Assembly (NCBI GenBank): GCA_026396805.1
Contig: JAPLVZ010000012.1
Span: 8,127-72,126, forward strand
Direction: 5' to 3'
Length of the DNA stretch: 64,000 bases
DNA from: Candidatus Falkowbacteria bacterium
GTDB lineage: Bacteria; Patescibacteriota; Patescibacteriia; Patescibacteriales; UBA12465
Every line of letters begins with the position of its first letter. Position 1 is the first letter of the stretch. The position numbers and the translations under genes were made by a program. The notes below the pieces were generated by a model that saw nothing but the letters and a program-made list of their open reading frames with translations, made no database searches and was not told where the DNA came from. Below, piece after piece: positions 10,177 through 21,474 of the stretch.

Positions 10177-11265
10177 ATGATTATGTCACACCCCAGAGAT
10201 GGCTTTCCCTTGTCTTTGTATCAGACCAAGGTGGAAAGCTTGACGAAGAAGTTTAATCTTATGAACCCCGCCGATCGCCGCGAATATTTCGAGGCCAAGG
10301 TCGGTCGCGAAATCGCGGATTTAAAAGAGCATTTTAAAACCAATACTTTCATCGCCTATTGGTTAGGCAAGAAAAATTCCGGCAAGGGTACTTACTCTAA
10401 ATTGATAATGGAAATATTCGGCGCCGATAAGATAAGCCATATTTCAGTCGGCGACATCGTTCGTCGTTTGTCCGTTGATTTAGAAGATCCGAAAAAAAAG
10501 GAAGACTTGTTAAAATATTTTGCCGAGCATTATCGCGGTTATATTTCCATTGATGATGCCATTGCCGCTTTTCTCAACCGGGATACGGCTTCTCTTCTAT
10601 CGAACGAGTTTGTCTTGACTTTGGTGAAACGAGAAATTGATTTGTCGCCTAAAAAAATTATTTTTATTGACGGTTTTCCCCGAACCCTGGACCAGGTTTC
10701 CTACGCTTTGTATTTCCGAAATTTAATTGATTATCGCCAAGATCCGGATATTTTTATAGCGATAGATATTCCGGAAAATGTTTTAGATGAACGCATGCGC
10801 GCCCGGGTAGTCTGTCCGATTTGCCAGACGCCGCGCAATCTAAAGTTATTGGCCACTCCGGAAGTCGGTTATGACAAGACCAAAAAGGAATTTTATTTGA
10901 TGTGCGATAATCCGAATTGTAATAAGGCGCGAATGGTGGCCAAAGAAGGGGACAGTTTGGGAATCGAGGCGATTCGCGACCGCCTGGAACTGGATGACGT
11001 CCTGATTAGAAAGGTCTTTTCTTTGCATGGTGTTCCTAAAATAATGTTGCGCAATTCCATCCCGGTAAGCGCCGCTCGCGAGTTAATTGATGATTATGAA
11101 CTGACCCCGGCCTACAGTTATCAGCTAGAAGGTGATAAAGTTAAGACAATCGAGGGTCCCTATGTGGTTAAAGATGATGAAGGAATAGATTCTTACAGTT
11201 TAATGGCTCCGGCCGTTGTTATCCCTTTGATTAAACAACTTCATTCTGTTTTAATCAAAAAATAA
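10177..11265 (+). CDS. Adenylate-kinase-family protein with N- and C-terminal extensions
   Basis: P-loop GKKNSGKGTYSK, an FIDGFPRTLDQ motif (compare AK LDGFPRT), and a Zn-type LID with CPIC...CDNPNC. At 362 aa it is much longer than canonical Adk. Confidence 0.6.
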   Translation: MIMSHPRDGFPLSLYQTKVESLTKKFNLMNPADRREYFEAKVGREIADLKEHFKTNTFIAYWLGKKNSGKGTYSKLIMEIFGADKISHISVGDIVRRLSVDLEDPKKKEDLLKYFAEHYRGYISIDDAIAAFLNRDTASLLSNEFVLTLVKREIDLSPKKIIFIDGFPRTLDQVSYALYFRNLIDYRQDPDIFIAIDIPENVLDERMRARVVCPICQTPRNLKLLATPEVGYDKTKKEFYLMCDNPNCNKARMVAKEGDSLGIEAIRDRLELDDVLIRKVFSLHGVPKIMLRNSIPVSAARELIDDYELTPAYSYQLEGDKVKTIEGPYVVKDDEGIDSYSLMAPAVVIPLIKQLHSVLIKK

Positions 11266-11314
11266 TTTAAACGTCGGGAGCAAGTACGAATGGAAAAAAT
11301 ATAGCAATAATAAA

Positions 11315-11821
11315 ATGAACGAAACAGAGAAGAAAAAAATATTCATAGCTCGCGTCATAATCGGCAGCGTCGCTTTTATTATTTTGATTCTTTGGGCGTT
11401 TAATCTGAAAAATGTTTGGCAAGATAGCCGAAATAATAATCAAGCTTCCAGCACCGCCTGGTCGAGTCTTAAGGATGATTTGGGAAGGACTTTAGGCGAG
11501 GCTCAAGTTAAGCTTAATCAGATAAAGGGGGATAAGGCGGCCGCGGAAAAGAAGGCCGGTGATGAATTTTTATCCGGACTATTGGAAGAAGCGGTTAAAA
11601 ATGCTTCTTCGTCGGCGCTTACCGCGACTTCTTCCGCTGCCGTTGCGACCTCGTCGCCGATTTTTTCGGCTACGTCCACGCCTAGCGCCGGAAAAATTGC
11701 TTCGTCAACCAAGCCAACCGCTAATTGTCCGCAATATATAGATTGTATGCCGACCATCGGCGCGGCTAAACCTTGCGTCGTGCCGTCCGGATGCGAAGGA
11801 ATAACTTTGATCGCCTACTAA
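11315..11821 (+). CDS. Membrane-anchored Ser/Ala/Thr-rich hypothetical protein
   Basis: 168 aa. It has an N-terminal TM helix, a low-complexity ASSTA region and a Cys-containing C-terminus. Confidence 0.5.
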   Translation: MNETEKKKIFIARVIIGSVAFIILILWAFNLKNVWQDSRNNNQASSTAWSSLKDDLGRTLGEAQVKLNQIKGDKAAAEKKAGDEFLSGLLEEAVKNASSSALTATSSAAVATSSPIFSATSTPSAGKIASSTKPTANCPQYIDCMPTIGAAKPCVVPSGCEGITLIAY

Positions 11822-11831
11822 ATTTTTCTTT

Positions 11832-14800
11832 ATGTCTAAAACCGAAAAAGAAAAAACCAAGAATATTAAGGAAGAGCCGGCGGAAGCTGTCGCTAATCTG
11901 CGCAAAAAAACCGAATACGGGATCGTGGAAGAACAGCCGATAGTCGAGGAAATGGGCCGGTCGTACCTGGAATACGCGATGAGCGTCATTGTTTCTCGCG
12001 CTCTGCCCGATGTTCGCGACGGTTTGAAACCGGTGCATCGCCGCATCCTTTACGCGATGTGGAGCGTCGGTTTGAAAGCGAACGCGAAATTCCGTAAATC
12101 CGCGACCGTCGTCGGTGAAGTTTTGGGTAAATATCATCCGCATGGTGATAGCGCGGTTTATGAATCCATGGTCAGGATGGCCCAAGATTTTTCTATGCGC
12201 TACCCGCTCGTCCGCGGCCAAGGTAATTTCGGTTCCATGGACGGCGATAATGCGGCGGCCATGCGCTATTGCGTTACCGGCGACACTTTAATTTTAACCG
12301 ACAAGGGAATTTTGCCGATTAAGGAAATTTCTTCTAAGAGCGAAGCGTCGGTTAATTTAAAAGTTTTAAATTACCGCGGCGAGATTACGCGCGCCAGTAA
12401 ATTTTTTAATTCTGGCAAACACGATATTATCAAGGTGACGACCGATCAAGGCTATCAAGTCAGAGGTTCTTATAATCATCCGCTCATGGTCTGGACCAAA
12501 GATTTATTTTTTCGGCCGACTATCGCCTGGAAAATGTTATCAGAATTGACGACGGGCGATCAGGTTCTGATCAGTCGCGGCGCTTCTTTATTTTCCGCGC
12601 GGGACTTAAAATTGCGCCAGTATCATCCGATTTATCGCGCCAAACAGACGCCGGTAAAACTTCCAACGGCGATGAATAAGGATCTGGCCTTTCTATTAGG
12701 GGCTTTAGTATCCGAAGGGAGCTATAGCCGCGGTCAGATATCTTTCAATAATTCTGATTTGAACTTCTATAATAAAGTTAAAGCCATTATTTTAGCGCAA
12801 TTTTCCGGCATCAAATTATATGAGCGGAGAATCAAGGAAAATTGTTGGGAATTAAGTCTTTATCACCGGCAAGCGGTGGAATTTTTAAAAAATATCGGGT
12901 TATCTTTCGCCAAATCCGAATCCAAGGAAATTCCATTTTCAATTTTACAATCTCGTCAAGAAGTCATCCGGAATTTTTTACAAGCCCTGTTTGAAGGCGA
13001 CGGTTCAGTGGGTCATTTAACGGATAAACGCCATGGCGGCGCGGCGATGGAATTGGCCTATCACTCCAAAAGCGCCAAGCTGATTCAGCAATTAAAGACG
13101 GTTTTATTAAATTATCAGATTATTACCACCGCGCCTTATCAGGATAAGCGGAATGAGTGTTATAAATTAATTATTTCCGGCGCGGCCAATATTTTAAATT
13201 TTCAACACCGGATTAATTTTTGGTCAAACCGAAAAAAGTCAATTTTAGCTAAAGTCGAGACGCTTAATCCGGGACGCCTAAGTCGGACAGATTACATTCC
13301 GTTTTTGAACGAGTATTTAAGGGCGAATTATAAGAAATCATTTATTAGCAAAAACAATTTTGACCGCTATAACAGTTTAAGCAAGAATTATGGCGCTTTG
13401 AAAAAGATTTTAAGCGCGGCCGATTTAAATATTATTGATTGGTTGTTGGCCAATAAATTTTTCTTTAACGGAATCAAAACCGTGGAGCGCCTGAAAATCA
13501 AAGAAACGGTTTATTCGGTTAAAGTGGATAGCCTTTGCCATTCTTTTATCGCCAACGGTTTTGTTAATCATAATACGGAAGCGAAATTATCGGCCGTCGC
13601 CGAAGAAATGCTTTTTGATATTGATAAAGATACGGTGGATTTTATTCCGAATTACGACGGCAGTCATAAAGAGCCGCGCCTTTTGCCCTCCAAATTGCCG
13701 AACTTGCTTTTAAACGGTACGATGGGAATCGCGGTCGGTATGTCCACGAATATTCCGCCCCATAACTTAAAGGAACTGGCGGACGCGATTGATCATCTGA
13801 TTACCAACCCCGAGGCGAGCGTTGAAGATCTGATGCAATTCGTCAAAGGTCCGGATTTCCCGACCGGCGGCATTATTTATGATAAGAAAGAAATCCTGGC
13901 CGCTTACGCGACCGGCAAAGGCGGTGTTGTCGTCCGCGGTAAAGCGGAAATTGAAGAAGAAAAGGGCGGCGGTTTCCGGATTATCGTTTCCGAAATTCCC
14001 TATCAGGTCAATAAAGCCGATCTGGTCGAGAAGATTGCCGATTTGGTCAGAGAAAAGAAAATTGAAGGAATTAAAGGCCTGCGCGACGAGTCGGATAAGG
14101 ACGGCGTCCGCATCGTGATCGAACTCAAGAAAGATTCTTATCCGAAAAAGATTTTAAATAGCTTGTATAAGCATACATCTTTACAGACGACTTTCCATCT
14201 TAATATGCTCGCGCTCGTTGACGGTATCCAGCCGAAAGTCCTGACTTTAAAGATGATTCTGGAAGAATATATTAAACATCGCCAAGAAGTGGTCCGGCGT
14301 CGGACTTTATTTGATTTGAATAAAGCTAAAGATCGCGCTCATATCCTGGAAGGCCTCATGATCGCCTTAAAGCACATCGATGAAGTCATTAAGACTATTA
14401 AAGCTTCTAAAGATAAAGAAGTCGCCAAGATTAATTTAATTAAGAAGTTTAAACTTTCTGAAAGGCAAGCTATTGCCATCTTGGAAATGCGCCTGCAGAA
14501 TTTGGCGAACCTGGAACAGTTGAGAGTCGAGGAAGAATGGAAGGAAAAAATGAAATTAATAAAAGAACTGGAAACAATTCTTAAGTCTGTCGCTCGTATC
14601 AGAGCGATTGTTAAGGATGAACTGAAAGAGCTCGCTAATAAATATGGCGATGAGCGCCGGACGGCGGTCGTCGTCCATGGCGTCAAGGAATTCAGCATGG
14701 AAGATCTAGTGCCAAATGAAGAAACGGTCGTCATGATGACGCGCGACGGCTATATCAAGCGCTTGGAGCCGGATACTTTCAAAGTTCAGGCCCGAGGCGG

Positions 14801-15662
14801 CAAAGGCGTTATGGGATTGACGACTAAGGAAGAAGACACGGTGGATTTCATGTTCACTTCCCAGACTCATAACGACGTCTTATTCTTTACGACCAAGGGC
14901 CGCGTCTTTCAGCTTAAAGTTTATGAGATTCCGCAAGCCTCCCGGATTGCCAAAGGCACGCCGGTCGTCAATTTTTTGCAGCTTATCGGCGGCGAGCAGA
15001 TTTCTTCTATCCTGCCTTTGGACAAAGCGGTTTTCAGCAAGTATTTATTTTTCGCGACCGCGCAAGGGCTCGTTAAAAAAGTGGAACTCGGCGCTTTCAG
15101 TAATGTCCGCCGCAGCGGTCTGATCGCGATTAAGATAAAGGAAGACGATAAGTTAATCTGGGTCAAACCGACTTCCGGCTCCGATCATATCCAATTAATT
15201 ACGGCCAAAGGCCAGGCCATCCGTTTCAAAGAAACAGATGTCCGCGAAATGGGTCGCGGCGCCGCCGGTGTTCATGGCATCAGATTGCATAAAGCTGATA
15301 CTCTAATCGGCGTCGGCATCGCCAAGACCGACAAGGAAAGAAAGCGCACTTATCAAATTTTGACTATCATGGCGCATGGTTTCGGCAAGCGCACGGATTT
15401 CTCCGCTTACAAAGTTCAAGGCCGAGGCGGTAGCGGCATCAAGACCGCGAAAGTTACCGATAAGACCGGCGATATCACCAACGCCTTTTTAGTCAACGCC
15501 GAGGTGATGGAGGGTCGTGATTTGATTATTATCTCCGACCAAGGCCAAGTTATCCGTACGCCGTTCAAATCGGTCAGCGTGCTTGGCCGCGATACGCAAG
15601 GCGTCAAGATAATGAGATTTAAGGAAGAAAATGACAAAGTTGCCGGAGTTACTTGGGTATAA
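11832..15662 (+). CDS. gyrA: DNA gyrase subunit A, interrupted by an intein
   Basis: 1276 aa. Extein motifs [19 protein letters not shown] and the active site AAMRY|TEAKL are present, with C-terminal beta-pinwheel repeats. Confidence 0.95.
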   Translation: MSKTEKEKTKNIKEEPAEAVANLRKKTEYGIVEEQPIVEEMGRSYLEYAMSVIVSRALPDVRDGLKPVHRRILYAMWSVGLKANAKFRKSATVVGEVLGKYHPHGDSAVYESMVRMAQDFSMRYPLVRGQGNFGSMDGDNAAAMRYCVTGDTLILTDKGILPIKEISSKSEASVNLKVLNYRGEITRASKFFNSGKHDIIKVTTDQGYQVRGSYNHPLMVWTKDLFFRPTIAWKMLSELTTGDQVLISRGASLFSARDLKLRQYHPIYRAKQTPVKLPTAMNKDLAFLLGALVSEGSYSRGQISFNNSDLNFYNKVKAIILAQFSGIKLYERRIKENCWELSLYHRQAVEFLKNIGLSFAKSESKEIPFSILQSRQEVIRNFLQALFEGDGSVGHLTDKRHGGAAMELAYHSKSAKLIQQLKTVLLNYQIITTAPYQDKRNECYKLIISGAANILNFQHRINFWSNRKKSILAKVETLNPGRLSRTDYIPFLNEYLRANYKKSFISKNNFDRYNSLSKNYGALKKILSAADLNIIDWLLANKFFFNGIKTVERLKIKETVYSVKVDSLCHSFIANGFVNHNTEAKLSAVAEEMLFDIDKDTVDFIPNYDGSHKEPRLLPSKLPNLLLNGTMGIAVGMSTNIPPHNLKELADAIDHLITNPEASVEDLMQFVKGPDFPTGGIIYDKKEILAAYATGKGGVVVRGKAEIEEEKGGGFRIIVSEIPYQVNKADLVEKIADLVREKKIEGIKGLRDESDKDGVRIVIELKKDSYPKKILNSLYKHTSLQTTFHLNMLALVDGIQPKVLTLKMILEEYIKHRQEVVRRRTLFDLNKAKDRAHILEGLMIALKHIDEVIKTIKASKDKEVAKINLIKKFKLSERQAIAILEMRLQNLANLEQLRVEEEWKEKMKLIKELETILKSVARIRAIVKDELKELANKYGDERRTAVVVHGVKEFSMEDLVPNEETVVMMTRDGYIKRLEPDTFKVQARGGKGVMGLTTKEEDTVDFMFTSQTHNDVLFFTTKGRVFQLKVYEIPQASRIAKGTPVVNFLQLIGGEQISSILPLDKAVFSKYLFFATAQGLVKKVELGAFSNVRRSGLIAIKIKEDDKLIWVKPTSGSDHIQLITAKGQAIRFKETDVREMGRGAAGVHGIRLHKADTLIGVGIAKTDKERKRTYQILTIMAHGFGKRTDFSAYKVQGRGGSGIKTAKVTDKTGDITNAFLVNAEVMEGRDLIIISDQGQVIRTPFKSVSVLGRDTQGVKIMRFKEENDKVAGVTWV
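12270..13574 (+). mobile_element. GyrA intein (435 aa) with a LAGLIDADG homing-endonuclease domain
   Basis: Starts at Cys ([10 protein letters not shown]) right after the active-site Tyr and ends ...FVNHN followed by Thr+1. Block B is [17 protein letters not shown]-like [13 protein letters not shown] and [12 protein letters not shown] are present. Both junctions are in frame with 11832. Confidence 0.9.
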
Positions 15663-15780
15663 ATTGAAGAAATTTAGACTAAAATAAATATTTGATATGT
15701 AAAAATCGGTTTTTAGATCCGATTTTTATTTAGTCTTGTCAACTTTAAAAAAGTCGGAGATTGGGCTATAATTCAAATAT

Positions 15781-16908
15781 ATGAATAATTATTTAATCGT
15801 CTTTTTCTTAATAATTCTGATAATCGGCGTCGCGGCCGTGATTTCTTTGCTTTTAAAGAAAAAAGACGGTACTGACAGCGGGAAATTAGACGCCCTAGCG
15901 GAACGATTGATCCAACAATCGGAAAAATTGTCACACTTATCCCAGCAGAACGGGGAGTTGCGCGGCGAATTGGACCGGAAATTATCAGAAACGCACCGAG
16001 CGAACCAAGATCAATTCGGCCAGACCGTTAAGATAGTCCAGAATATCAACGCCCAATCGGCGCGGCTGATTGCCGATGTGACCGAGAAGCTGACTAAGCT
16101 GGACGAAACAAATAAGCAGGTCGTTAATTTTTCTTCCCAGCTTCAGAGTTTGCAGGATATTCTCAAAAACCCGAAACAGCGCGGTGTGCTCGGTGAGTAT
16201 TTTTTAGAGGAGACTTTAAGAAATGTCTTACCGCCGGGTTCTTACGAAATGCAATATAAGATGGGCAAGGACGAAAAAACCGGAAAAGATTTAATCGTCG
16301 ACGCGGTCGTTTTCGTTAAAGATAAAATAATTCCGATTGACGCGAAATTTTCGCTGGAAAATTATGAGCGGATTTTAAACGCCACCGATGCGGAGACACG
16401 GGAAAAACTGGAACAGGAATTCAAGAAAGACCTGAAGAATCGGATTGATGAAACGGCCAAATATGTCTTGCCGGAAAGGAAAACTCTGGAATTCGCCTTT
16501 ATGTTCATCCCTTCGGAGGCGATTTATTACGATTTGCTCGTCAATAAAGTCGGCGCGATTAAGACCAATACGCGCGACCTGATTGAATACGCTTTTCGCG
16601 ACAAGAAAGTCATTATCGTTTCCCCGACTTCTTTCCTGGCTTATCTACAGACGGTTCTCCAGGGCTTGAAGGCGATGCAGATAGAGGAAAAAGCGCTGGA
16701 AATAAGAGCGAATATTGAAAAATTGGGCAAGCATATGGCCGGCTATGATGAGTTTATTAAAAAATTGGGATTAAGCTTATCAACAACGGTTAATCATTAT
16801 AATAACGCGGCCGGAGAATTCAAGAAAATAGATAAGGACGTGATGAAAATTACCGGCGGCAAAAGCGAGATTGAGGTTTTAACGATTGAGCGTCCGAAGC
16901 AAAGTTAA
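15781..16908 (+). CDS. rmuC: DNA recombination protein RmuC
   Basis: 375 aa. It has an N-terminal TM helix, a coiled-coil and a C-terminal RmuC-type nuclease-like domain. Confidence 0.8.
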   Translation: MNNYLIVFFLIILIIGVAAVISLLLKKKDGTDSGKLDALAERLIQQSEKLSHLSQQNGELRGELDRKLSETHRANQDQFGQTVKIVQNINAQSARLIADVTEKLTKLDETNKQVVNFSSQLQSLQDILKNPKQRGVLGEYFLEETLRNVLPPGSYEMQYKMGKDEKTGKDLIVDAVVFVKDKIIPIDAKFSLENYERILNATDAETREKLEQEFKKDLKNRIDETAKYVLPERKTLEFAFMFIPSEAIYYDLLVNKVGAIKTNTRDLIEYAFRDKKVIIVSPTSFLAYLQTVLQGLKAMQIEEKALEIRANIEKLGKHMAGYDEFIKKLGLSLSTTVNHYNNAAGEFKKIDKDVMKITGGKSEIEVLTIERPKQS

Positions 16909-16912
16909 TTAC

Positions 16913-17815
16913 ATGCCGGAATCTGAAATTAAACCGGAGCGTCAATTAAAAGAGGCAATTATCAAAGTGCTTGTTTTTTTTGATTTGTTCGACCATCCTT
17001 TAACGGCTTATGAAATTTGGATGAAGCTTGACAAAAAATGGGGCTTGACCGAGATTTTGGATTTTTTAGATAAGGAAATACTAAAACCCGCCGCGGCTCT
17101 TAGTCAGAGAAGCGGCTTTTATTTTTTAGTTGGCCGAGAGGAAATCACGACGATAAGACAGAGGCGTTATAATTATAGCGCCGAGAAAATGAAGATTGCC
17201 CGCCGGTTCGCGCGCATTTTTTCGCTTTTGCCGTTTGTGCGGATGGTCGCCCTGGCTAATTCGCTCGGCCAATATAATTCGCGCGCCGAGAGCGATATTG
17301 ATTTTTTTATTGTTAGCGCCCCGCATCGCGTCTGGCTCGCGCGCTTATACTGTACCGGCTTGGCTAAGCTCTTAAATCGCCGGCCGAACGCGACCGATAA
17401 GAAGGATAAGATCTGTTTAAGCTTTTATGTCGCCGCCGACCGCCTCTGCCTGGATGATTTGCGTCTTCAAGGAGAAGACCCTTACTTTGATTATTGGCGC
17501 CGGTCCTTGGTTTTATTGTATAATAAGGACAAGACTTATGAACGATTCTTAGAAGTTAATGAATTATCTTTTGGGTCGGTCGCCGTTGGAGCGGCTATAT
17601 CCCCAAAGCCTAATATTTTTTTAGACAAATTGGAAATTCTGGCCAAGAGATTCCAATTAGCTATCATGCCGGCCGAATTAAAGTCAAGCATGAATAATTC
17701 CGACGGCGTCGTTATTAATGATTCAATCTTAAAATTATACCGGCGCGATCGGCGCCGGGAATACGCGGAAAAATATGGAAACAAAATTAATGAAATTCTT
17801 AAAGAAGACAATTGA
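16913..17815 (+). CDS. Hypothetical protein, possible nucleotidyltransferase fold
   Basis: ANSLGQYNSRAESDIDFFIV resembles a GS...DxD nucleotidyltransferase motif. The ATG at 16913 avoids overlap with rmuC. Confidence 0.5.
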   Translation: MPESEIKPERQLKEAIIKVLVFFDLFDHPLTAYEIWMKLDKKWGLTEILDFLDKEILKPAAALSQRSGFYFLVGREEITTIRQRRYNYSAEKMKIARRFARIFSLLPFVRMVALANSLGQYNSRAESDIDFFIVSAPHRVWLARLYCTGLAKLLNRRPNATDKKDKICLSFYVAADRLCLDDLRLQGEDPYFDYWRRSLVLLYNKDKTYERFLEVNELSFGSVAVGAAISPKPNIFLDKLEILAKRFQLAIMPAELKSSMNNSDGVVINDSILKLYRRDRRREYAEKYGNKINEILKEDN

Positions 17816-19076
17816 ATATTCTTTTTATGTTTTTGTTTTTCTTTTCCCATGGCAAACTAAATTGATTCTCCGTCCGGCCGACACTAATTTCAATGAGATT
17901 AGCCTTTACGTCAGCCATTTATTATTACTCTTGATACTGATTATCTTTTTTATTTATCAGCTCAAGCGTTCGGAAAAAGGCGGTACCATTTCTTGGCTCT
18001 GGTGGGCCTTGGCCGGTTTGGAAATAGCGGTTCTCATATCCTTTTTTGTCGCACCCGACAAGGTTTTGGCTTTTTATCATTATCTCCTATTTTTAATGGG
18101 AGTCGGAGTTTTTTATCTGCTCCGAGAAGGGACCGAGAGCTTCGGTTATGAGAATAAATGTCTTGATCAAATCAAAATAATCTATGTTTTTTTAGCCAGC
18201 TTATTTTTTCAAGCGGTGCTCGGCATTTATCAATTCTTAAGCCAGAGTTCTTTCGTTTCTAAATATTTGGGGTTGGCCGCTCATGATCCGGAAACATTGG
18301 GGACGGCGGTCGTTGAGACCGCTTCCGGCCGCTGGTTGAGAGTTTATGGCGGAATGGATCATCCCAATATTTTTGGCGGGGTTTTGGCGATCGCTTTGAT
18401 TCTCGCCGCTTATCTTTTGGCGAAAAAGAAGATAATCCGGACGAAGCAGAAAATCGGCGAATCCATCTTCTTGTTCATTTTTTATTTTGTCGCCCTCTTC
18501 GCCTTATTTTTTACATTTTCGAGAACCGCCTGGATCGCTTATGCCGTCAGCTTAGCCGTTCTCTTAATAAGCTTGATAAGACAAAAAGACCGCTGGGTTA
18601 TCGGTCGTTATCTGGCGCTGATCTTTTTTTCCGGCGTCATGATTTTTATTATCGCTTACCCTTACCAGTCGTTGCTTCAGGTTCGCCTCCAAGGCGAGAC
18701 GCGTCTGGAGCAGAAATCAACGAGCGAGCGTCTTGATTATTTAGGACAAGCGGAAGACTTAATCAAGAGCCATTATTTAACGGGCGTCGGTGTCGGTAAT
18801 TATTCTTTATTTTTAAGACAGGCGGATAATTATAAGAAGGCGGTTTGGGATTACCAGCCGGTCCATAATTTTTTCTTGCTCCTCTGGGCGGAAGCCGGGG
18901 TCTTCGCCTTGTTTTTCTTTGGCGCTTTCCTCATAATGATGGTTAAAAAAAATCGCCGCGCGGTATATTCGGGAGCGATTTTGGCGGCGTTAGTCGTTAT
19001 CATGTTGCTGGATCATTGGCTTTTAAGCCTGCCTTTCGGTTTGTTATTTTTATTCCTGATTCTCGGGCTGATTTGA
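17775..19076 (+). CDS. O-antigen ligase / Wzy-like polytopic membrane protein
   Basis: 433 aa with about 10 TM segments. FTFSRTAWIAYAVS and a periplasmic-loop pattern are typical of the O-antigen ligase family. Confidence 0.75.
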   Translation: METKLMKFLKKTIEYSFYVFVFLFPWQTKLILRPADTNFNEISLYVSHLLLLLILIIFFIYQLKRSEKGGTISWLWWALAGLEIAVLISFFVAPDKVLAFYHYLLFLMGVGVFYLLREGTESFGYENKCLDQIKIIYVFLASLFFQAVLGIYQFLSQSSFVSKYLGLAAHDPETLGTAVVETASGRWLRVYGGMDHPNIFGGVLAIALILAAYLLAKKKIIRTKQKIGESIFLFIFYFVALFALFFTFSRTAWIAYAVSLAVLLISLIRQKDRWVIGRYLALIFFSGVMIFIIAYPYQSLLQVRLQGETRLEQKSTSERLDYLGQAEDLIKSHYLTGVGVGNYSLFLRQADNYKKAVWDYQPVHNFFLLLWAEAGVFALFFFGAFLIMMVKKNRRAVYSGAILAALVVIMLLDHWLLSLPFGLLFLFLILGLI

Positions 19077-19309
19077 GAACGGTGTTTTATTTCATAATTT
19101 TTCTGCAGGAACAGCAAATCATCGGTCAGATTTTTTAGAGTTTTATTTAAGACGGCGTCAGTATAGCCGTCTTTTTTAATCCGCTGTTTCAGTAAATTCA
19201 AAACGGTCGCGATCGTACCGAAATAATCAGCGCTTTTGATATGGAATTTGACGCTCGCTTCGTCTTTTAGCAAATGTATAATTGGAGTTAGTTGGTATTT
19301 TTTAGGCAT
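19013..19309 (-). CDS. Small hypothetical protein downstream of radC
   Basis: 98-aa ORF, 3 nt after the radC stop on the same strand. Its tail overlaps the convergent gene end. Confidence 0.4.
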   Translation of the reverse strand: MPKKYQLTPIIHLLKDEASVKFHIKSADYFGTIATVLNLLKQRIKKDGYTDAVLNKTLKNLTDDLLFLQKNYEIKHRSQISPRIRNKNNKPKGRLKSQ

Positions 19310-19312
19310 GAA

Positions 19313-20029
19313 TTAAATAATACTCGTGAATTTATTTTTACCGATAATGAGATGATCCAAAACTTCAATATCCAGGATATTTCCGGCTTCAATCAGCTTG
19401 TTGGTTATTTCAATGTCGGCTTTAGTCGCCTTGATTACTCCGGAAGGATGGTTATGGGCGATGACGACGGCGGCCGCGGAATATTCCAGGGCCGGTCGGA
19501 AGACTTCACGCGCTTGAACCAAGGAAGAGTCTAAAGTCCCGATAGAAATAACTTCATCATGGATGAGCTGATAATGCGTATTAAGATAGAGGCCGCGGAA
19601 TTGTTCTTTATTAAGGCTGCCCATATCCTTCAAATATTCAAAAGCTTGTTTGGCGGTCCTGACGGTGATTGATCCCCCGGGTTTTTTCTGGTAAAAACGA
19701 CGACCCAGCTCAAAACAGGCGACTATTTGGCAAGCCTTTACCAAAGGAATTTTTAAATCGCGTTCAATAACGCTCGGGTCTTTCTGATAAGCGATGCCTT
19801 TTTCTCCGTATTCTCGCAGTAGGCGGCTGGACATAGAATATACTTCTTCTTTTTTCGTGCCCACACCCAAGATGATAGCTAAAAGTTCGGCGGAACTAAG
19901 CGATCCGACTCCGTCTTTAATCATTTTTTCGCGCGGCTTTTCTTCGTCAGGCATGTCCTTGACGCGAAGAATCTTATATTGTTTGCCATGGTTCAGGACG
20001 AAATTCCGGTCGCTTATTTTATAAGGCAT
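19313..20029 (-). CDS. radC: RadC-like JAB/MPN domain protein
   Basis: 238 aa. It has an N-terminal HhH region and a C-terminal HNHPSG JAMM motif. Confidence 0.9.
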   Translation of the reverse strand: MPYKISDRNFVLNHGKQYKILRVKDMPDEEKPREKMIKDGVGSLSSAELLAIILGVGTKKEEVYSMSSRLLREYGEKGIAYQKDPSVIERDLKIPLVKACQIVACFELGRRFYQKKPGGSITVRTAKQAFEYLKDMGSLNKEQFRGLYLNTHYQLIHDEVISIGTLDSSLVQAREVFRPALEYSAAAVVIAHNHPSGVIKATKADIEITNKLIEAGNILDIEVLDHLIIGKNKFTSII

Positions 20030-20142
20030 AATTTTTCTAAATTAATGATGATAAGCCAGATTTCCTTACTTTGAATTATATCAAAGATGTGGTAAATTTA
20101 AAACACGAGAACGGTTTGATATTTAAAATACCGAGTAATTAT

Positions 20143-21408
20143 ATGAATAGATATAAAGTTAATATTTTGTCAAATAAGATACCGTTGATCACGGTACCGA
20201 TAAAAGGAGCGCCGACCGCGACCGCTTTAGTTATAATTAAAGCCGGCTCTAAGTATGAAACCGCCGCCAGTAACGGCCTGTCTCATTTTTTGGAGCATAT
20301 GTTCTTTAAAGGAACGGTTAAGCGTCCGAACACCTTAGCGCTAGCCAGCGAGCTGGATTCGCTCGGCGGAGAATATAATGCCTTTACAGCCAAAGAATTT
20401 ACCGGCTATTGGGTAAAGGTAGCGGCGTCAAAATTACCGGCGGCTCTTGATATCATTAGCGACATGCTTTTGGATTCTAAAATTGAAACGGCGGAAATCG
20501 AGAGAGAAAAAGGCGTTATCATCGAAGAATTGAATATGTATGAGGATAATCCGATGATGCACGTGGAAGACGTTTTTGAATCCTGTCTTTACGGCGATAC
20601 TCCGGCCGGCTGGGAAACCATCGGCACCAAAAAAAACATTTCTAACTTCAAGCGCGCCGATTTTATTAAATATTTAAAAGCGCAATATGGTTCTAAGTCA
20701 ATATATATTATTCTGGTTGGGGGAATAAAAGAGGAAGCGAAAAAAACGGCCGTGGAGATGTTTTCTAAATTTAAAGCCAATAAGTGGCGGAACAAGCCGG
20801 CGGTCCGAGAGACCCAGAAAACGCCGCAAATGCTGGTTGTTTATAAAAAAACCGATCAGATAAACCTGTCTCTGGGAGTTCGCGCTTGCTCGATCGGACA
20901 TCCGGATGAATTCAAGATCAAGTTATTATCCATAATTCTCGGCGGCTCGATGAGTTCGCGTTTATTCATCAGTTTGCGCGAACGCAACGGTTTGGCTTAT
21001 TACGTCCGGACTATAAATGAGACCTATTCCGATTCCGGCTATCTGACGACGCAAGCCGGCGTACCGATTGCGAAAACGGAAGCGGCGATTAAGATTATTT
21101 TGAAAGAATATAAAAATCTGACGACGGAACTTGTCAGCGCGCCAGAACTGAAGCGCGCCAAGGACTTATTGCAAGGCAAATCGTTGTTACAGATGGAAGC
21201 GACTGATAATCTCGCGACTTGGTACGCCCGCCAAGCGGTTTTACGTCGGAAAATAATGACGCCGGGAGAATTTCTAAAGAAGATAAATAAAGTGACGGCG
21301 AGCGAACTGCGCGTCGTGGCCAAGAAGATATTTCGGGACAGCGGTTTGAATCTGGCTTTAATTGGCCAAGCCAGCGCTGGTAAATTTAAGAGTATTTTGA
21401 AGTTTTAA
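20143..21408 (+). CDS. M16-family (pitrilysin/insulinase-like) zinc peptidase
   Basis: Inverted zinc motif HFLEHMFFKGT. The ATG at 20143 is preferred to the TTG at 20071. Confidence 0.85.
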   Translation: MNRYKVNILSNKIPLITVPIKGAPTATALVIIKAGSKYETAASNGLSHFLEHMFFKGTVKRPNTLALASELDSLGGEYNAFTAKEFTGYWVKVAASKLPAALDIISDMLLDSKIETAEIEREKGVIIEELNMYEDNPMMHVEDVFESCLYGDTPAGWETIGTKKNISNFKRADFIKYLKAQYGSKSIYIILVGGIKEEAKKTAVEMFSKFKANKWRNKPAVRETQKTPQMLVVYKKTDQINLSLGVRACSIGHPDEFKIKLLSIILGGSMSSRLFISLRERNGLAYYVRTINETYSDSGYLTTQAGVPIAKTEAAIKIILKEYKNLTTELVSAPELKRAKDLLQGKSLLQMEATDNLATWYARQAVLRRKIMTPGEFLKKINKVTASELRVVAKKIFRDSGLNLALIGQASAGKFKSILKF

Positions 21409-21474
21409 TTTAATTAAATACGCTTTTAGTGTCGCTTAATTCAGTTTGATGATTATAATTCTATAATCGCTAGC

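Noticed and set aside
11705-12221. Minus-strand ORFs 11705-12046 and 11766-12221
   Set aside because: They are antisense to the highly conserved 5' part of gyrA and to the preceding gene. They are typical shadow ORFs of GC-richer coding sequence.
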